A stretch of 64,000 bases of DNA from Malacoraja senta (taxonomy: Eukaryota). Every line of letters begins with the position of its first letter. The first letter of the stretch is position 1. The position numbers were made by a program, and so were the translations under genes. Where the stretch lies: NCBI GenBank assembly GCA_038087875.1, contig CM075990.1:6574001-6638000 (forward strand). Reading direction: 5' to 3'. Below are positions 13,291-26,503 of the stretch, in pieces. Below the pieces are notes generated by a model, which saw only the letters and a list, made by a program, of their open reading frames with translations, was not told where the DNA came from and did not search any database.

Positions 13291-14919
13291 CTAAACCTAA
13301 ACATTCTCCTGTTTTACAAAACCTTATGAATAATCTTGGATCATAAGCGAACCTGATACTTCATTGTTTTTTAGGTTCTTTATTAGCATTCTAGACTTAG
13401 ATGGAAAGTTTGATAATTGGACATTAAAGCTAAAAAAAAATCGATGTCGTCCTTCACACGAGACATTATACTTTGGAACGATATCCTGGTGATGGAAAAA
13501 TGCAAGTCGCAAACTAGAAATCTTCAGGAGCACAGCTCAATTTCTCACGGATAATTGCAGGGCAATTTTTTGAATTTTAGAGTGCAGTTTTAAAATAATG
13601 ACATTCGCAGCGACGTGAAAATTTCCAGGAACTAAGTGGGATTTTACAATGGAGACACAAGGAATTGTAATTGCTGGAATCTTTAGCAAAACACAAAGTG
13701 ACATTGGAATTCACAGATCATTCAGCATCTGTGGAGGGAATCGACAGGTAATGTGTTGAGTTGAGATCCTTCTTCAGACTGATTGTTGTAGGGGGTGGGG
13801 GGGGGGGGGAGCTGGAAAAGAGGTGAGGACAGGATAAAGTCTGGAAGGTGATAGACACAAAATGCTGGAAGAACTCAACGGGTCAGGCAGCATCCCTGGA
13901 GAAAAATACGTGACGTTTTGGGTCGGAGGGTTGGGGTGTAAATAAACTGGAAGTGAGAAAAGGCCAGAACAAATCAGGGCCAGCAACAGATGGCCTCAGG
14001 AAGGATGGAGCCCACAATGGCCCATTGTTGGCTGGGGAAGTGGTGATAACATGAGGGATACAAGGGTGCTGACAATGGAACTGGTGAGATGAATAGGGTG
14101 GAGGAAGGGGAGGGGAGGGAATGCAGGAGTTACTTGAAATTAGAGACATCAATGTTCATACTGCTGGGTTGTAAGCTGCTCAAGCAAAATATTAGGCAAG
14201 TGATAGGTGGATATAGGTGAGAGGGGTTTCATAATTGTTTCTTTCTGCAAAGATGATGTTAGCCGTGGTCAAATTGGGATAGGCATATACGGTAATGCAC
14301 AGGAGAAATGTTGAACATAATGACCTTGGAGGGCTAGTTCACCGTTCCTTGAAAGCGGCAACACAGGAAGACAGGGCGGTGAAGAAGGTATATGATAACA
14401 TACTTGCATTCAGAGGTTGAGGCAGGGAAAATAAAAGCTGAATGAATATTTTGCAACTGTACAGAGCACTGGTTAGAACACACTTGGAGTATTGTGTGCG
14501 TTTCTAGTCTCTACACTCTAGGAAGGATGTGGTTGTGCTGGAGAAAGTGCAGAGGAGAGTGAGAAATAAATAACGAAGGGTTCCGACCCCATATGTCACC
14601 TACGCATGTTCTCCAGAAATGCTGCCTGCCCCGCTGAGTTACTCCAGCATTTAGTGAGTTCTGGACGTGGAGGACTGAAGGGTGTATTTCTGTGCGGGGC
14701 AACTCTGTGGCTCGACGACTCATATCTCAAATCTTCTATTTCATATATTTCATTACTACATTGAGGGAGGCTATTGAGCTACTGAGTCCATCACAGCACC
14801 ATTACAACCCTGTTCGCCTGCAACCTATTCTGACTCATATAGTGCAGGTGTAGGCTATTCGGCCCTTCTAGCCAGCACCGCCATTCAATATGATCATGGC
14901 TGATCATCCGGAATCAGTA

Positions 14920-15231
14920 TTTAAGAAGGAACTGCAGATGCTGGAAAATCGATGGTAGACATAGATACATAGATACATAGAAAATAGGTGCAGGAGTAGG
15001 CCATTCGGCCCTTCGAGCCTGCACCGCCATTCAATATGATCATGGCTGATCATCCAACTCAGTATCTATGGAGCGAAGGAAATAGGCAACGTTTCGGGCC
15101 GAAACCCTTCTTCAGACCTGAAGTCTGACCAGACCAGAGTCTGAAGAAGGGTTTTGGCCTGAAACGTTTCCTATTTCATTTGCTCCATAGATGCTGCTGC
15201 ACCCGCTGAGTTTCTCCAGCACTTTTGTCTA
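14920..15231. mobile_element. Penelope-like inverted terminal-repeat insertion inside a LINE tail, itself containing a LINE tail
   Basis: 15-bp TSD catccggaatcagta at 14905-14919 and 15232-15246. Inverted arms carry hammerhead-like cores. A CR1 tail is nested at about 14961-15065. Confidence 0.75.
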
Positions 15232-15762
15232 CATCCGGAATCAGTACCCGGTTCCTGCTGTCTCCCCATATCCCTTGAATCTGTTAGCCCTAAGAGCAAG
15301 ATCTAACTCTCTCTGGAATACATCAACTGGGATGTCACTTATTCTATCATCTCAAAGGTCGGCCCCGAGATTCTGCCCAGGTTTCTCAGAGACCAAAGGT
15401 TAACTCCTTTTCATGAATGTGTCCCTGCGTTTGAAGGAGACACAAACTTTGCCCGAAACAAAATATCAGTGACTTTTTCAAAGATGCAATTTGAAGGCAG
15501 CAAAAGCTCCAGTTGCTGTACTTCAGACCTTAGTGATCCAGTAAAACCAACTGTCGATCTCTGTTCGATGTAAATGGCTAATAAAAGCATTTATGGAGAA
15601 GTTAACTTCTCAAGTCATGGTAAAAATCATTCTCAACACAGTCGCTTGATGCCGCACAAAGAAGTGTCAATTCCCTCTGTGGCAGCTACTATGAACATAT
15701 TACCCAGGGGAATTGAGAACCAGAGTTCATAGGTTTAAGATGAGGAGGGGGGTGGAGATTTA

Positions 15763-16293
15763 AGGGGCTGTCCCACTTGGGCGACCTAATCCGCGAGTTC
15801 TGGCGCGTTTGCCCTCGACTCATACTCACAGCACGGTCGACACGAGGTCTTTGGAGGTCTTCGTAACTCTTCTTCATGCTCGAGAGTGTTCTCCGCGTTC
15901 TCGAGGCCTCAGCTAGGTCACGGCGCTTTTTTCAATATGTTAACAAAATGCCCGCGAGTAAGAAAAGGTCGCCATGGAAAAAATCAATACGTTTTTTACT
16001 CGTAGGTTTAGTCGTAGTAGGTCGTAGTAGGTCGTAGTAAGTCGTCATGTTAGTCGTAGGTAATAGAGGGTTGTCGAAGGTAGTCGAAGATAGTCTTCAT
16101 CATAGTCAAAGGGATGTTGAAGGAGATCGAAGAAGGTCGTCTTCACTCTCCACTATTCGGTGTCCAATATTACCGAAGTTAGTTGTGGCTAGTCAAAGCT
16201 GGTCTTCAACATAGTTGAAGGAGGTCTTCAACATGTCATTTTTTCAAACTCTTCTAAACTCGCCAATTCGGTCGTCCAAGTGGGACAGCCCCT
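15763..16293. mobile_element. PIF/Harbinger-type MITE inserted in a CR1 3' fragment
   Basis: TIRs aggggctgtcccacttgggcgacc and ggtcgtccaagtgggacagcccct. TSD TTA. Internal gtcgtag/gtcgaag repeats. Confidence 0.88.
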
Positions 16294-18242
16294 TTAATAA
16301 GAACCTGAGGGGCAACTTTTTGCCAGCCATCCACACTAGGGGCAATTGGCAGTGACCAATTAATCTGCCGTTCAGCATGTCTTTGGGATGAAGGCAGGAG
16401 GCAGGTTACCTCAGCGTAAACCCACAGGTGCACACGGAGAATGTACAACCTTCATGTTCACGCCTTCAAGGATCAGGACCGTGGCTGGCTGACTGTCACT
16501 AACTCACACTTGTTCTATTTTGCACACTCCCTCCACGCCAGGGGCAATTTACAGAGGGCCAATTAACCTACAAACCTGCAAGTCTTTGGGACGTGGGAGG
16601 AAACCGGAGCACCACAGGAGGAACGTGCAAGCCCCACAAACAGACAGTGCCACAGGTCGGGCTCAAACCGGGGTCTCTGGCATGGTGAGGCAGCGACTTG
16701 ACCAGCTGTGCTACTACTATAAGCTGTGGGACATGTCCTGCAGAGAGCAGATACCTCCACTCCCTCTGCACAATTGTGCCTGTAGACTACACCACCCTGT
16801 CATTGCTGGCTGGACACTCCTTCCTCCGTGAAAGAGAAAAGGTTTGCCAAATGCTTTGTCGTGCTTCTATTGACGCTTCTTAATATTTTGCTGAACTTTG
16901 TGCTGACATTGTTCTTTGCAGATTTCCCTCTGAACTTGTTTTCACCAAAGGACAAGATCTGTTGCATATTAAGTGTTGGCCCCTTGTTTAGACACGTATA
17001 GTGGCTTCTGTAATGAAAAAAGTCCAGGGAGATGCTTATCATCCAGTGTTACGTTTCCAAGACATAATAGCTTCCTTGTGGATTCAATTCCTGCTCCATT
17101 TCACTGACAACAAATGTTCTCAATATTTCACAAGTACAATGTCCAACCTTTTGACCTCTTCACTGTGGTCGAAATCGTCCCTGCACAAGGCATCACCCAC
17201 AGCACAGTCGCAGGCAATGCTTTCAAAGAGAAGGGAGGATTCACTCAATGTTGCTGATAAGTGAACATTGTTGATCTAGGAAGAAAGACACAAAATGTCG
17301 GAGTAACTCAGTGGGACTGGAAGCATCTCCGGACGGAAGGAATGGGTGATTTTTTTAGTCGAGACGTCATCCATTCCTTCTTTCCAGAGACGCTGCCCGT
17401 CCCGCTGAGTTACACCAGCATTTTGTGTCTATCTTTGGTGTAAACCAGCGTCTGCAGTTCCTTCCTACACATTGATCTTAAGGGACAGTCTCTGCCTCTT
17501 GTAGCCATGGTGTCAATTATGATTGCTTCTTTTCTATGTTTGACAGTGTGTGTGTAGGAAGGAACTACAGATGCTGATTTAAACTGAAGAGACACAAATG
17601 CTGGAATAACTCCAGCATCTCTGGAGATTTCTTACCTTCTCTTTCTTCTCTTTTCCTTCTCTCCAGAGATGCTGCCTGTCTATTATCTACCTCACTGGCG
17701 ACCCTCGGACTATCCTTGATTGGACTTTGCTGGCTTTACCTTGAACTAAACATTATTCCCTAATCATGTATCTATACACTGTAAATGGCTCGATTGTAAT
17801 CATGTATTGTCTTTCTGCTGACTGGCTGGCATGCGGCAAAAGCTTTGCACTGTACCTCGGTACACGTGACAATAAACTAAACAGAACTGAGCTACTCCAG
17901 CATTTTTGTGACTATTGTTGGTAAATAGGGCTGCTTCTTGCTCAGCCACCAGGGCAGTTTCGAGAGTGACTTGCATGAGTTGGAGCAAAATGCACAATAT
18001 CTCAGAGGCTGGAGATTCTCAAGGAGACAAATATTGTTGCAATACTCCACAGGTCATTGTTTTCCATTGAAATTGTCTTGAGCTTATTGAAGGGACATCT
18101 GCAAGGGTAGGGGCTCACTGACTCCAACTATTGCTGGAAATAACTACTTTAGAGATACAGCATGGAAACATGCCCCTGCAGCCCACCAAGTCTGTGCTGA
18201 CCAGTGATCACCCATTCACTCTAGTTCTATTTTGCACACTTT

Positions 18243-18615
18243 TATGTATAAATTCATCAGAGGAATAGATCGGGTAGATGCACAGAGTCTCTTGCCCAGA
18301 GTAGGGAAATCGAGGACTAGAGGACATAGGTTCAAGGTGAAGGGGAAAAGATTTAATAGGAATCTGTGGGGTAACTTTTTCACACAAAGGGTGCTGGGTG
18401 TATGGAACGAGCTGCCAGATGAGGTAGTTGAGGCTGGCACTATTCCAACATTTAAGAAACAGTTAGACAGGTACATGGATAGGACAGGTTTGGAGGGATG
18501 TGGACCAAGAGCAGGAAGGTGGGACTAGTGTAGCTGGGACATGTCGGCTGATGTGGGCAAGGTGGGCCAAAGGGCCTGTTTCCACACTGTATCACTCTAT
18601 GACTCGGACTCTATG
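18243..18615 (+). mobile_element. CR1/HER1-type LINE 3' fragment
   Basis: Encodes YKFIRGIDRVDAQSLLPRVGKSRTRGHRFKVKG...FFTQRVLGVWNELP, with a ctatgact-type tail. Confidence 0.9.
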
Positions 18616-20544
18616 ACTTGGTCATCCACTCCCTCCACGCTAGGGGCAATTTGCAGAAGGCCAATTAACCTACAAACCTGTATGTTTTCTCCGAGAACTT
18701 TGGTTTCCTCCCACACTCCAAAGACGCACAGGTTTGTAGGTTAATTGGTTTGGTGTAAATGTAAAAATTGTCCCCAATGTAGGGTGGTGTTAATGTGCGG
18801 GGATCGCTGGGTCGGTGCAGACTCGGTGGACCGAAGGGCCTGTTTCCACACTATAATTCTAAACAAAACTAAAATGTTCCCCTCATAATCCATTGAGGAT
18901 CGCTGTGTACAATTCAGAAGGATGTGTCCCTCACGCATGTTTTGCCTGCGACTTTGAGGCATCACAGCTACTAACTAAACATTGCAGAAGAATTAGTGTC
19001 ACCCATTGCCACCTTCACGTGTGCTATCAGTTTCTGACTGCCACGTGCCCACATCAAACGCATGCATTTTGCAATTCATTATTAAATTTGGAGGCAAATT
19101 GGCACCAATTGGAGTGAGAAACCAACACAAACAAACCCGAATTCACAGCCATAAAGTCTGAAACCTGATACGTATTACTGTGTTGGATTACAATCTGGAG
19201 TGTGGTATGCTGAAAGCTTTTCTTTTTAGTGTGAGATTCATTATGCTCAGTGATTATTGTTTATTTCTAACATTTTACTGACCGCAGGCTGTAAGGTTGA
19301 ACTCCATTGTTAATATCTTACCATTTTCATGCCTAAAGTTGGAGTGGCCATATTATTATGTTTTATAGAGAGAGAAAAACCCCCGCAAAACCAAGCTATT
19401 AACAAACCTAGATATTTTCTTGAATTACAGCAATTATCGCACTTTAAAGGCACTTTATTTATACATTCTGAAAGGGATGCAATGGACATTATATAAATAA
19501 GGGTGTAGGAAGGAACTGCAGATGCTGGTTTATACCGAAGATAGACACTGAAAGCTGGAGTAACTCAGAGGGTCAGACAGCTTCCCTGGAGAAAGGGAAT
19601 AGGTGACGTTTCGGCCCTTCTTCAGGTCCATTATTTCTTGTCTTTCGTTATGTTGCTTCATTTGTTTGATGAACCACTTGTTGGGAATTGATATGCAGGA
19701 AGGAACTGCAGATGCTGGTTTAAACCGAAGATAGACACAAAAATGCTGGAGTAACTCAGCAGGACAGAGAGAAGGAATGGGTGACGTTTCGCGTCGAGAC
19801 CCTTGAATTGATGCTTCTAACGCCCTTGAAGAATCCATGCCTGACGTGGGCAGGTGGTCCCGATTCAGTAGCAGTTCATTCTAACCATAAGTGGCAGTGG
19901 GGCAAAGAGAGTGTTCAGTTACATCCTTGATGTGGAAGCAAATCTCGGCTCGACTTGGCACTAGAAGCCACAAGAGGGCCATTATTTCACAGCAAAGAAA
20001 ACCTCCCAGTGGTGCCCAGTTCTCTTTGCAAGTCTATACACAAATATCCGTAAGAAAAGACTACACAAACCTAAGCAACAATGTGGACTCCACAGACACA
20101 GTTGGAACCTTTTGAAAACAAGTCTGTGTTGTAAAATGCCAAAAATAAAAAGTCTTTAAAAAAGAATGAACCCAAGACCTTTCTGTTTGTCAGGAGCTTT
20201 TTCATTTTTTTTATTTTTACCACAGGAGACCCTTTCGCTAGTCTGATCAGTTTTCTTTACATGAGACGTTAGTTGGTTTGGTTTATTTTCCTCTTTTACA
20301 AGAGACGTGGGTGTTTGACTGGAAAATTAAAAAAAAAGTTGAACAAGAGAGCTCTTTATTTTTCCATGGATGGATATTTTTTTTTCTTTAAAGAGACAGA
20401 AAGAAGTGAAGTCCAGTAACGCCGCAGGGAGCAAGCAACAAGCTTGTTGACAGGCAGAAGGGAACATGGAATATAGAATAGGAGGAAGCTCAGAAACAGG
20501 CCCTTCGGCCCACACTGAAAATGATGCCAAGTTTAGTTTAGTTT

Positions 20545-20997
20545 AGTTTAGTTTAATTTAATTTAGTTCAGTTTAGAGATACAGTGCAGAAACAGACCAT
20601 TCGGCCCTCCGAGTCCACCCTGACCAGCGATCCCTGCACAATCTTCTTCTTCTTGCGTATGGCCTGCACAGCCTAAAGCTGTAGGACAACTTGTTTTATT
20701 TGATCTTATTTGATTGTGCACGCCGGGATGATTGCATGTGTAGGGTGTGTAGGTTGCAATCTTCCACCCCCCTGCACAATAACACTATCCTATACACACT
20801 ATGGACAATTTATAATTTTACCAAGCCAATTAACCTGCAAACCAGTATGTCTTTGGAGCGTGGGAGGAAACCGAAGATCTTGGAGAATGCCCTCGCAGGT
20901 CACGGGGAGAACGTACAAACTCCGTACAGACAGCACCTGTAGTCAGGATCGAACCCGGGTCTTTGGCGCAGCAAGGCAGTAGTGCCTCCGTGCTGCC
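20545..20997 (-). mobile_element. HE1-like SINE containing an (AAG)n-tailed insertion
   Basis: (TTTAG)n tail at the left end and the B-box reverse complement ggatcgaacccggg near 20946. Confidence 0.8.
20643..20770 (-). mobile_element. Short (AAG)n-tailed non-LTR element, copy 2
   Basis: cttcttcttcttgcgtatggc...ggttgcaatcttccacccc, with a perfect 10-bp TSD cctgcacaat at 20633-20642 and 20771-20780. Confidence 0.82.
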
Positions 20998-23402
20998 CAA
21001 GTTAAACTAATCTTCTCCGACTGCATGCGATCCATATTCCTCCAGCATGATATGACGTTAAATTAATATTAACCATTCCACCACCAATGTTAACGTACTG
21101 CGGGTCAGTTGACACATTGGGTCAACTTTTGTCAAGTTTCAGTCAGGGTATCTGGCAGATATTTGCAGATTCTAGATAGGTCCAGGATTTTGGTTTCGTC
21201 GTCTGCAAAATAGTAGCGTAGCTCGTTGAGCTTCATTATCAATGCACCAGAGAACTGGAGTCAGTCCTAACCTAGACTTCTGTCTGTGTGGAGTTTGCAT
21301 GTTCTCTCTGTGAACAAAGCCCCCCTTCCTCAGGGGGCTCTGGTTTCCTCCAACATCTTAACATGTGGGCTGGCAGGATGATGGGCCACAGTAAATTGCC
21401 CCTCGTGTTTTGATGAGTGGTAGAATCTGGGGGGAAGCGACTGTGAGGAGAATAGAAAACAACACAATGAGGGACTGTGTAGGAAGGAACTGCAGATAGG
21501 CACCAAAAGCTGGGGTAACTCAGCGGGACAGGCAGCATCTCTGGAGAGAAGGAATGGGCGACATTTCGGGTCGAGACCCTTCTTCAGACTGGTTAGGGAT
21601 AAGGGAAACGAGAGATATAGACGATGATGTCGAGAAATAAGGAGCAATGAATGATATATATGCAAAAAAGTAATGATTGTTAGTTATTTGTTGGGTGAAA
21701 ACAAGAAGCTAGTGTGACTTGGGTGGGGGAGGGATAGAGAGAGAGAGAATGCCAGGGACTGCTGTGAATGGATGGTTCATAGTCAGCATAGACTCAGGGC
21801 CTGTTTCCATGCTGTATTTCTCCATTCTCTATGATTAAAACTGTCAACTTAGGATCGACGGAGTGAATGGCCTGCTCATTTGTCAAAGGAAATATAAAAA
21901 TAAAGTCAATATGCCAGAACTCTGGTGTGTGTATAGGCAAGTGGTAAACAAATAAATATGGAGGTTAAATTCAGTGGCAGCCTGCCCCTGCATGGGCAAC
22001 AACATTTTAATGTACTGTTCTGTTTAATGTATTTATTGCTCAGATGCTTGGTATTTCCAATTATGTACTATTATATTTTTGCAGGCATTGCAAGATATAA
22101 TATCTGCTCAATACTCTCTCTGGAAAACGAGTTTTACATGAATGTAACAGATTCCCAGGAATTGTTATTTGTATATTCTACAGTCTTTTAAAAGAATGTA
22201 TATAATATTTCAGCTGCCACTTTATTTTTTTTATATTCACCAAACTGTATTACCATTATATCCACCAAACTATTTACATTTCTGTAAAATAAAGTTAGTC
22301 TGAAAAAGGGTCTCGACCCGAAACATCACCCATTCCTTCTCTCCAGAGATGCTGCCTGTCCCGCAGAGTTACTCCAGCATTTTGTGTCTTTCTTCTAACT
22401 AAAATGCGTGTTCTATATTTTCTGGTTTGCTGTCAACGAGAATCCTTTAGACAGGACCCTTCTTCAGGCTGGAGAAGTTTATCAGTCTGTAGATGGGTCC
22501 CGACCCAAAAAGTCAACTTTCAAATTTTCCACATAAAGCAAAACAATCTGAAGAAGGCCCCGACCCAAAATGTCACCTATCTATGTTCTCCAGAGATGCT
22601 CCTGACTGGCTGAGTTGCTCCAGGACTTGGTGGCTTTTTTATGCCAGCCTTCTTTCAATTGAACACGCTTCTTTTGTCTCCTTCCTAGTTCTAATGAAGG
22701 GTTTTTTGACCTGACCCATAAACATTGTTTCTCTTAACACAGATGTGTCCTGGCATGCTGAGTTCTTCCAGCGTTTTCTATTTATATTTTATGTTCATGC
22801 TCTCCACATTAGGACCACCACTCCCCCAACAAAGAATGAAGAATTCAGCTGTTTTTTACTTCTACATCCATGCAAGTTCCCTTTTTAAAAAGAAGCACAC
22901 CATGGTATGTTTTCAGAAATGGTAGTCATTAAACATTATCAAAGAAGCACAATGCCGCACATAAAATCTACACTTGTAAAATGTTGTGGTATTTAAAAAT
23001 CCCTTGGTCATAGATAGAAAAACAGTAGATGGTCCCATTGAAGGAAGCTGCCCTGAATAGTTGGAGCGATTAATGAGAGGCTTATATTTTAGAGTTCTAC
23101 AAATACTAGGCTAGTTTCTCTTGGCCCACTGCCCACTTGTGCTAGCTGGACAGGCGGATACCCAAACTTCCCAAAGGCCAGATGTTACATGAGAGAAATG
23201 TTGAGTTCTTGCTCAGAAGACCAGCACGGGCACCAGATCAGGATGTCCGAGAAATCAAGATGCCTGCTACCCATCGCTACCCACAGCTTCTCTTGGTGTC
23301 ACACGACTCCATTCCCCCAGTCATCCAAATGTTTTGCAGCAGCAGTGTGGTGTCTGTATTGGACCATAGGATTAGGAACATGCCATGTCCTGAAACTACA
23401 CA

Positions 23403-23607
23403 GGCGGCATGGTGGCGCAGCGGTAGACTTGCTGCCTTACAGCGCCAGAGACCCCGGTTCGATCCCGACTACGGGTGCTGTCCATATGGAGTTTGTAGGT
23501 GAATTGGCTTCGCTAAAATTGAGTTGTCCTTAATGTGTGTAGAATCGTGTTAGTGTGCGGGGATCGCTGGTCGGCGCAGACTCAGTGGGCTGAAGGGCCT
23601 GTTTCCA
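23403..23607 (+). mobile_element. HE1-like SINE with internal deletion
   Basis: ggcggcatggtggcgcagcggtag head and B-box ggttcgatcc. The central domain is deleted between two gtttgta motifs. Confidence 0.8.
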
Positions 23608-24689
23608 GGAGCCTGAAATCTGCAACATCCAGGTTCAGGAGCAGCTTCTTCCCCTCAACCATCAGGCTATTAAACTCGACTCATACAAAACTCTGAACAT
23701 TAATAACCCATTGCACTTCATCTGATTATTTATGTGTGTATATATATATTCAATGGTATATGATCTATCCTGTATTTATTCATGCCTACTATATTCTGTT
23801 GTGCTGAAGCAAAGCAAGAATTTCATTGTCCTATCTGGGACACATGACAATAAACTTGCTTATGTTAAAAATTGCTTACAGTTATGATGCCTCAAATGCT
23901 TTGCAAAAATTTGGAAAGACCACCCAAAGCCCCATTGCCCCTCCCACCCACATTGTACATTGGTATTGTTCTGCATGTTCTTATGCACTGTACAGCTTCC
24001 TGCATTCCTATTTCCCATAAGCAAAGGTACAGATAGGAGGTTCAGAGGAGGATTTTTGGACAAGGAGTGGTTAGATCCTGGAACAGGCTGCATTATGAGA
24101 TGATTGTGGTTGGTATTTGCCCAACATTTAGAAAGTAGGTAGACAAACACTTGTATTGCTAAGGCAGAGAATACAACAGGGTTGATGCAGGTAAATAAGT
24201 AAATCTGTAAGAATAAGGGGTAGGCCATTTAGGACTGAGTTGAGGAAAAACCTTTTCACCCAAAGAGTTGTTAATCTATGGAATTATCTGCCACAGAAGA
24301 CAGTGGAGGCCAATTTACTGGATGATTTCAAGAGAGAGTTAGATGGAGCTCTTCGGGCTAATGGAATCAAGGGATTTGGGGAGGAAGCAGGAATTGGGTA
24401 CTGATTTTGGTTGATCAGCCATGATCATATTGAATGGCGGAGTTGGCTCGAATGGCCGAATGGCCTACTCCTGCACCTATTTCCTATGTTCCATGTTTCT
24501 AAATGGGATCATGGGATTATTATAGAAGGTGCAATGGTCAGAAAGGGAATCATCGGCCAAAAGGCCTCTTTCTGTGCCATGCGGATCACTGAGATTCAAA
24601 GCCGATGGAGTTTGATTAATAAAATAATGTGTTGTGTTCTAATCCAAATTGAAGGTCTTGCTTGTTTGAAGAGCAGAAAAGACTCAGGC

Positions 24690-24878
24690 TGCCTCACAGC
24701 GCCAGAGACCTGGGTTCGATCCCGACTACGGGTGCTGTCCATATGGAGTTTGTAGGTGAATTGGCTTCGCTAAAATTGAAAGTTGTCCTTAATGTGTGTA
24801 GAATAGTGTTAGTGTGTGGGGATCGCTGGTCGGCGCAGACTCGGTGGGCTGAAGGGCCTTCCATGCTATATCTCACCT
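24690..24878 (+). mobile_element. HE1-like SINE with the same internal deletion as 23403
   Basis: Shares gtgctgtccatatggagtttgtaggtgaattggcttcgctaaaattga with the copy at 23403. Confidence 0.8.
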
Positions 24879-25093
24879 AATTGAACGAGTGGCCAGATCA
24901 AGAGCATTGCTTCATGATCTGACAGCAGGGGGGGTAAAAGGAAGTGAATCTTTGTATAGTTTACAGCTTATCCGTGTTCAACAAGAATCTGACAGAGAAA
25001 AATTGGCCTTCTGTGACATCTAGCTCTTAGACAACAACAATGTATATCTTACAAAGGTGGTCTTCCCCCCCCCCCCCCCCACGCACACACCCG

Positions 25094-25243
<150 letters not shown>

Positions 25244-25429
25244 TTCTGGAATCTGGTGGATATTATTTTATCCTCACAGAAGCAGGTGCCAGGAGAGGGG
25301 AGAAGTGAAATGATTAAAATATTCTTAACTTGCTCTGGTTTTGTAATATTCTCCTGGTAGAAATGGGCAGCACCACCGGTGAGTCCGGAAAAGACCGCAT
25401 GATAATTACAGCCACTCCATAATCTGCTT

Positions 25430-25740
25430 GTTTAGTTCAGTTTAATTTATAGATACAGCATGGAAACAGGCCCTTCGGCCCATCGTCCACGCTGGTCTGC
25501 AATCACCCTGTACACCAGCACTATCCTACATGAGGGATAATTTTTACAATTTTTACCGAAGCCAATTAAACTACAAACCTGTGCGTCTTTGAAGTGTGGG
25601 AGGAAACCGGAGCACCCAGAAAAAACCCACGCGGTCACGGGGAGAACGTACAAGCTCCGTACAGACAGCACCCATGGTCAGGATCGAACCCTGGTCTCTG
25701 GCGCTGTAAGGCAGAAACTCTACCGCTGCACCACCGTGAC
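25430..25740 (-). mobile_element. HE1-like SINE, near full length
   Basis: Reverse complement of the full SINE: tail, central domain, B-box ggatcgaacc, and head taccgctgcaccaccgtg. Confidence 0.88.
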
Positions 25741-26283
25741 ACTCTTACGTTTTTGTTTGTGGATTCAGTGTCCCCCACAATGGTTCAATTCATATTTTTT
25801 TTGTAGCTGCTCACCAACCACCCTCTGCTTAAATTCCCATTTGTCAAAGTCCACGCAGTGAAAAGCAAACATTAGCAAAGAAATATCAGAGCATTCTGAA
25901 ATATTTCTGCTTAGAAATGGTTTTTTTTTCATAAATCAGGCTGTATCATATTAATGCTGGTTTATTTAAATTTGTACTTGAGCCTCACGGTTGAATTCAC
26001 ATTCTTGCCACCTAAGATGTTCAAGTGGTTTCACGAAAATGAAAACCGCAAGTTAAAGTACGGACACCATATTCTCGAGGAGGCAAACACATGGTGTCAA
26101 GAGAGAGTCAAGAGTGTTTTATTGTCATATGTCCCAGATAGAACAATGACATTCTTACATGAAGCAGCACAACAGAATATGTAAACATAGTACACTGTAG
26201 ACAATATGATAAATGGGAGAGAAAAGTTCAGCATGTGTATACATACACAAATTCACAAATACACATATATATATATATAGATC

Positions 26284-26503
<220 letters not shown>

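Noticed and set aside
15990..16240. CRISPR-like or spaced repeat array (also 60480-60900)
   Set aside because: Short degenerate tandem motifs inside MITEs, with no constant repeat, no unique spacers and no cas genes, in a eukaryotic context.
19967..19982. CTCF-like motif gccacaagagggcca (and tgccatctagtga near 40885)
   Set aside because: Partial matches of this quality are expected by chance in 64 kb, and there is no supporting evidence.
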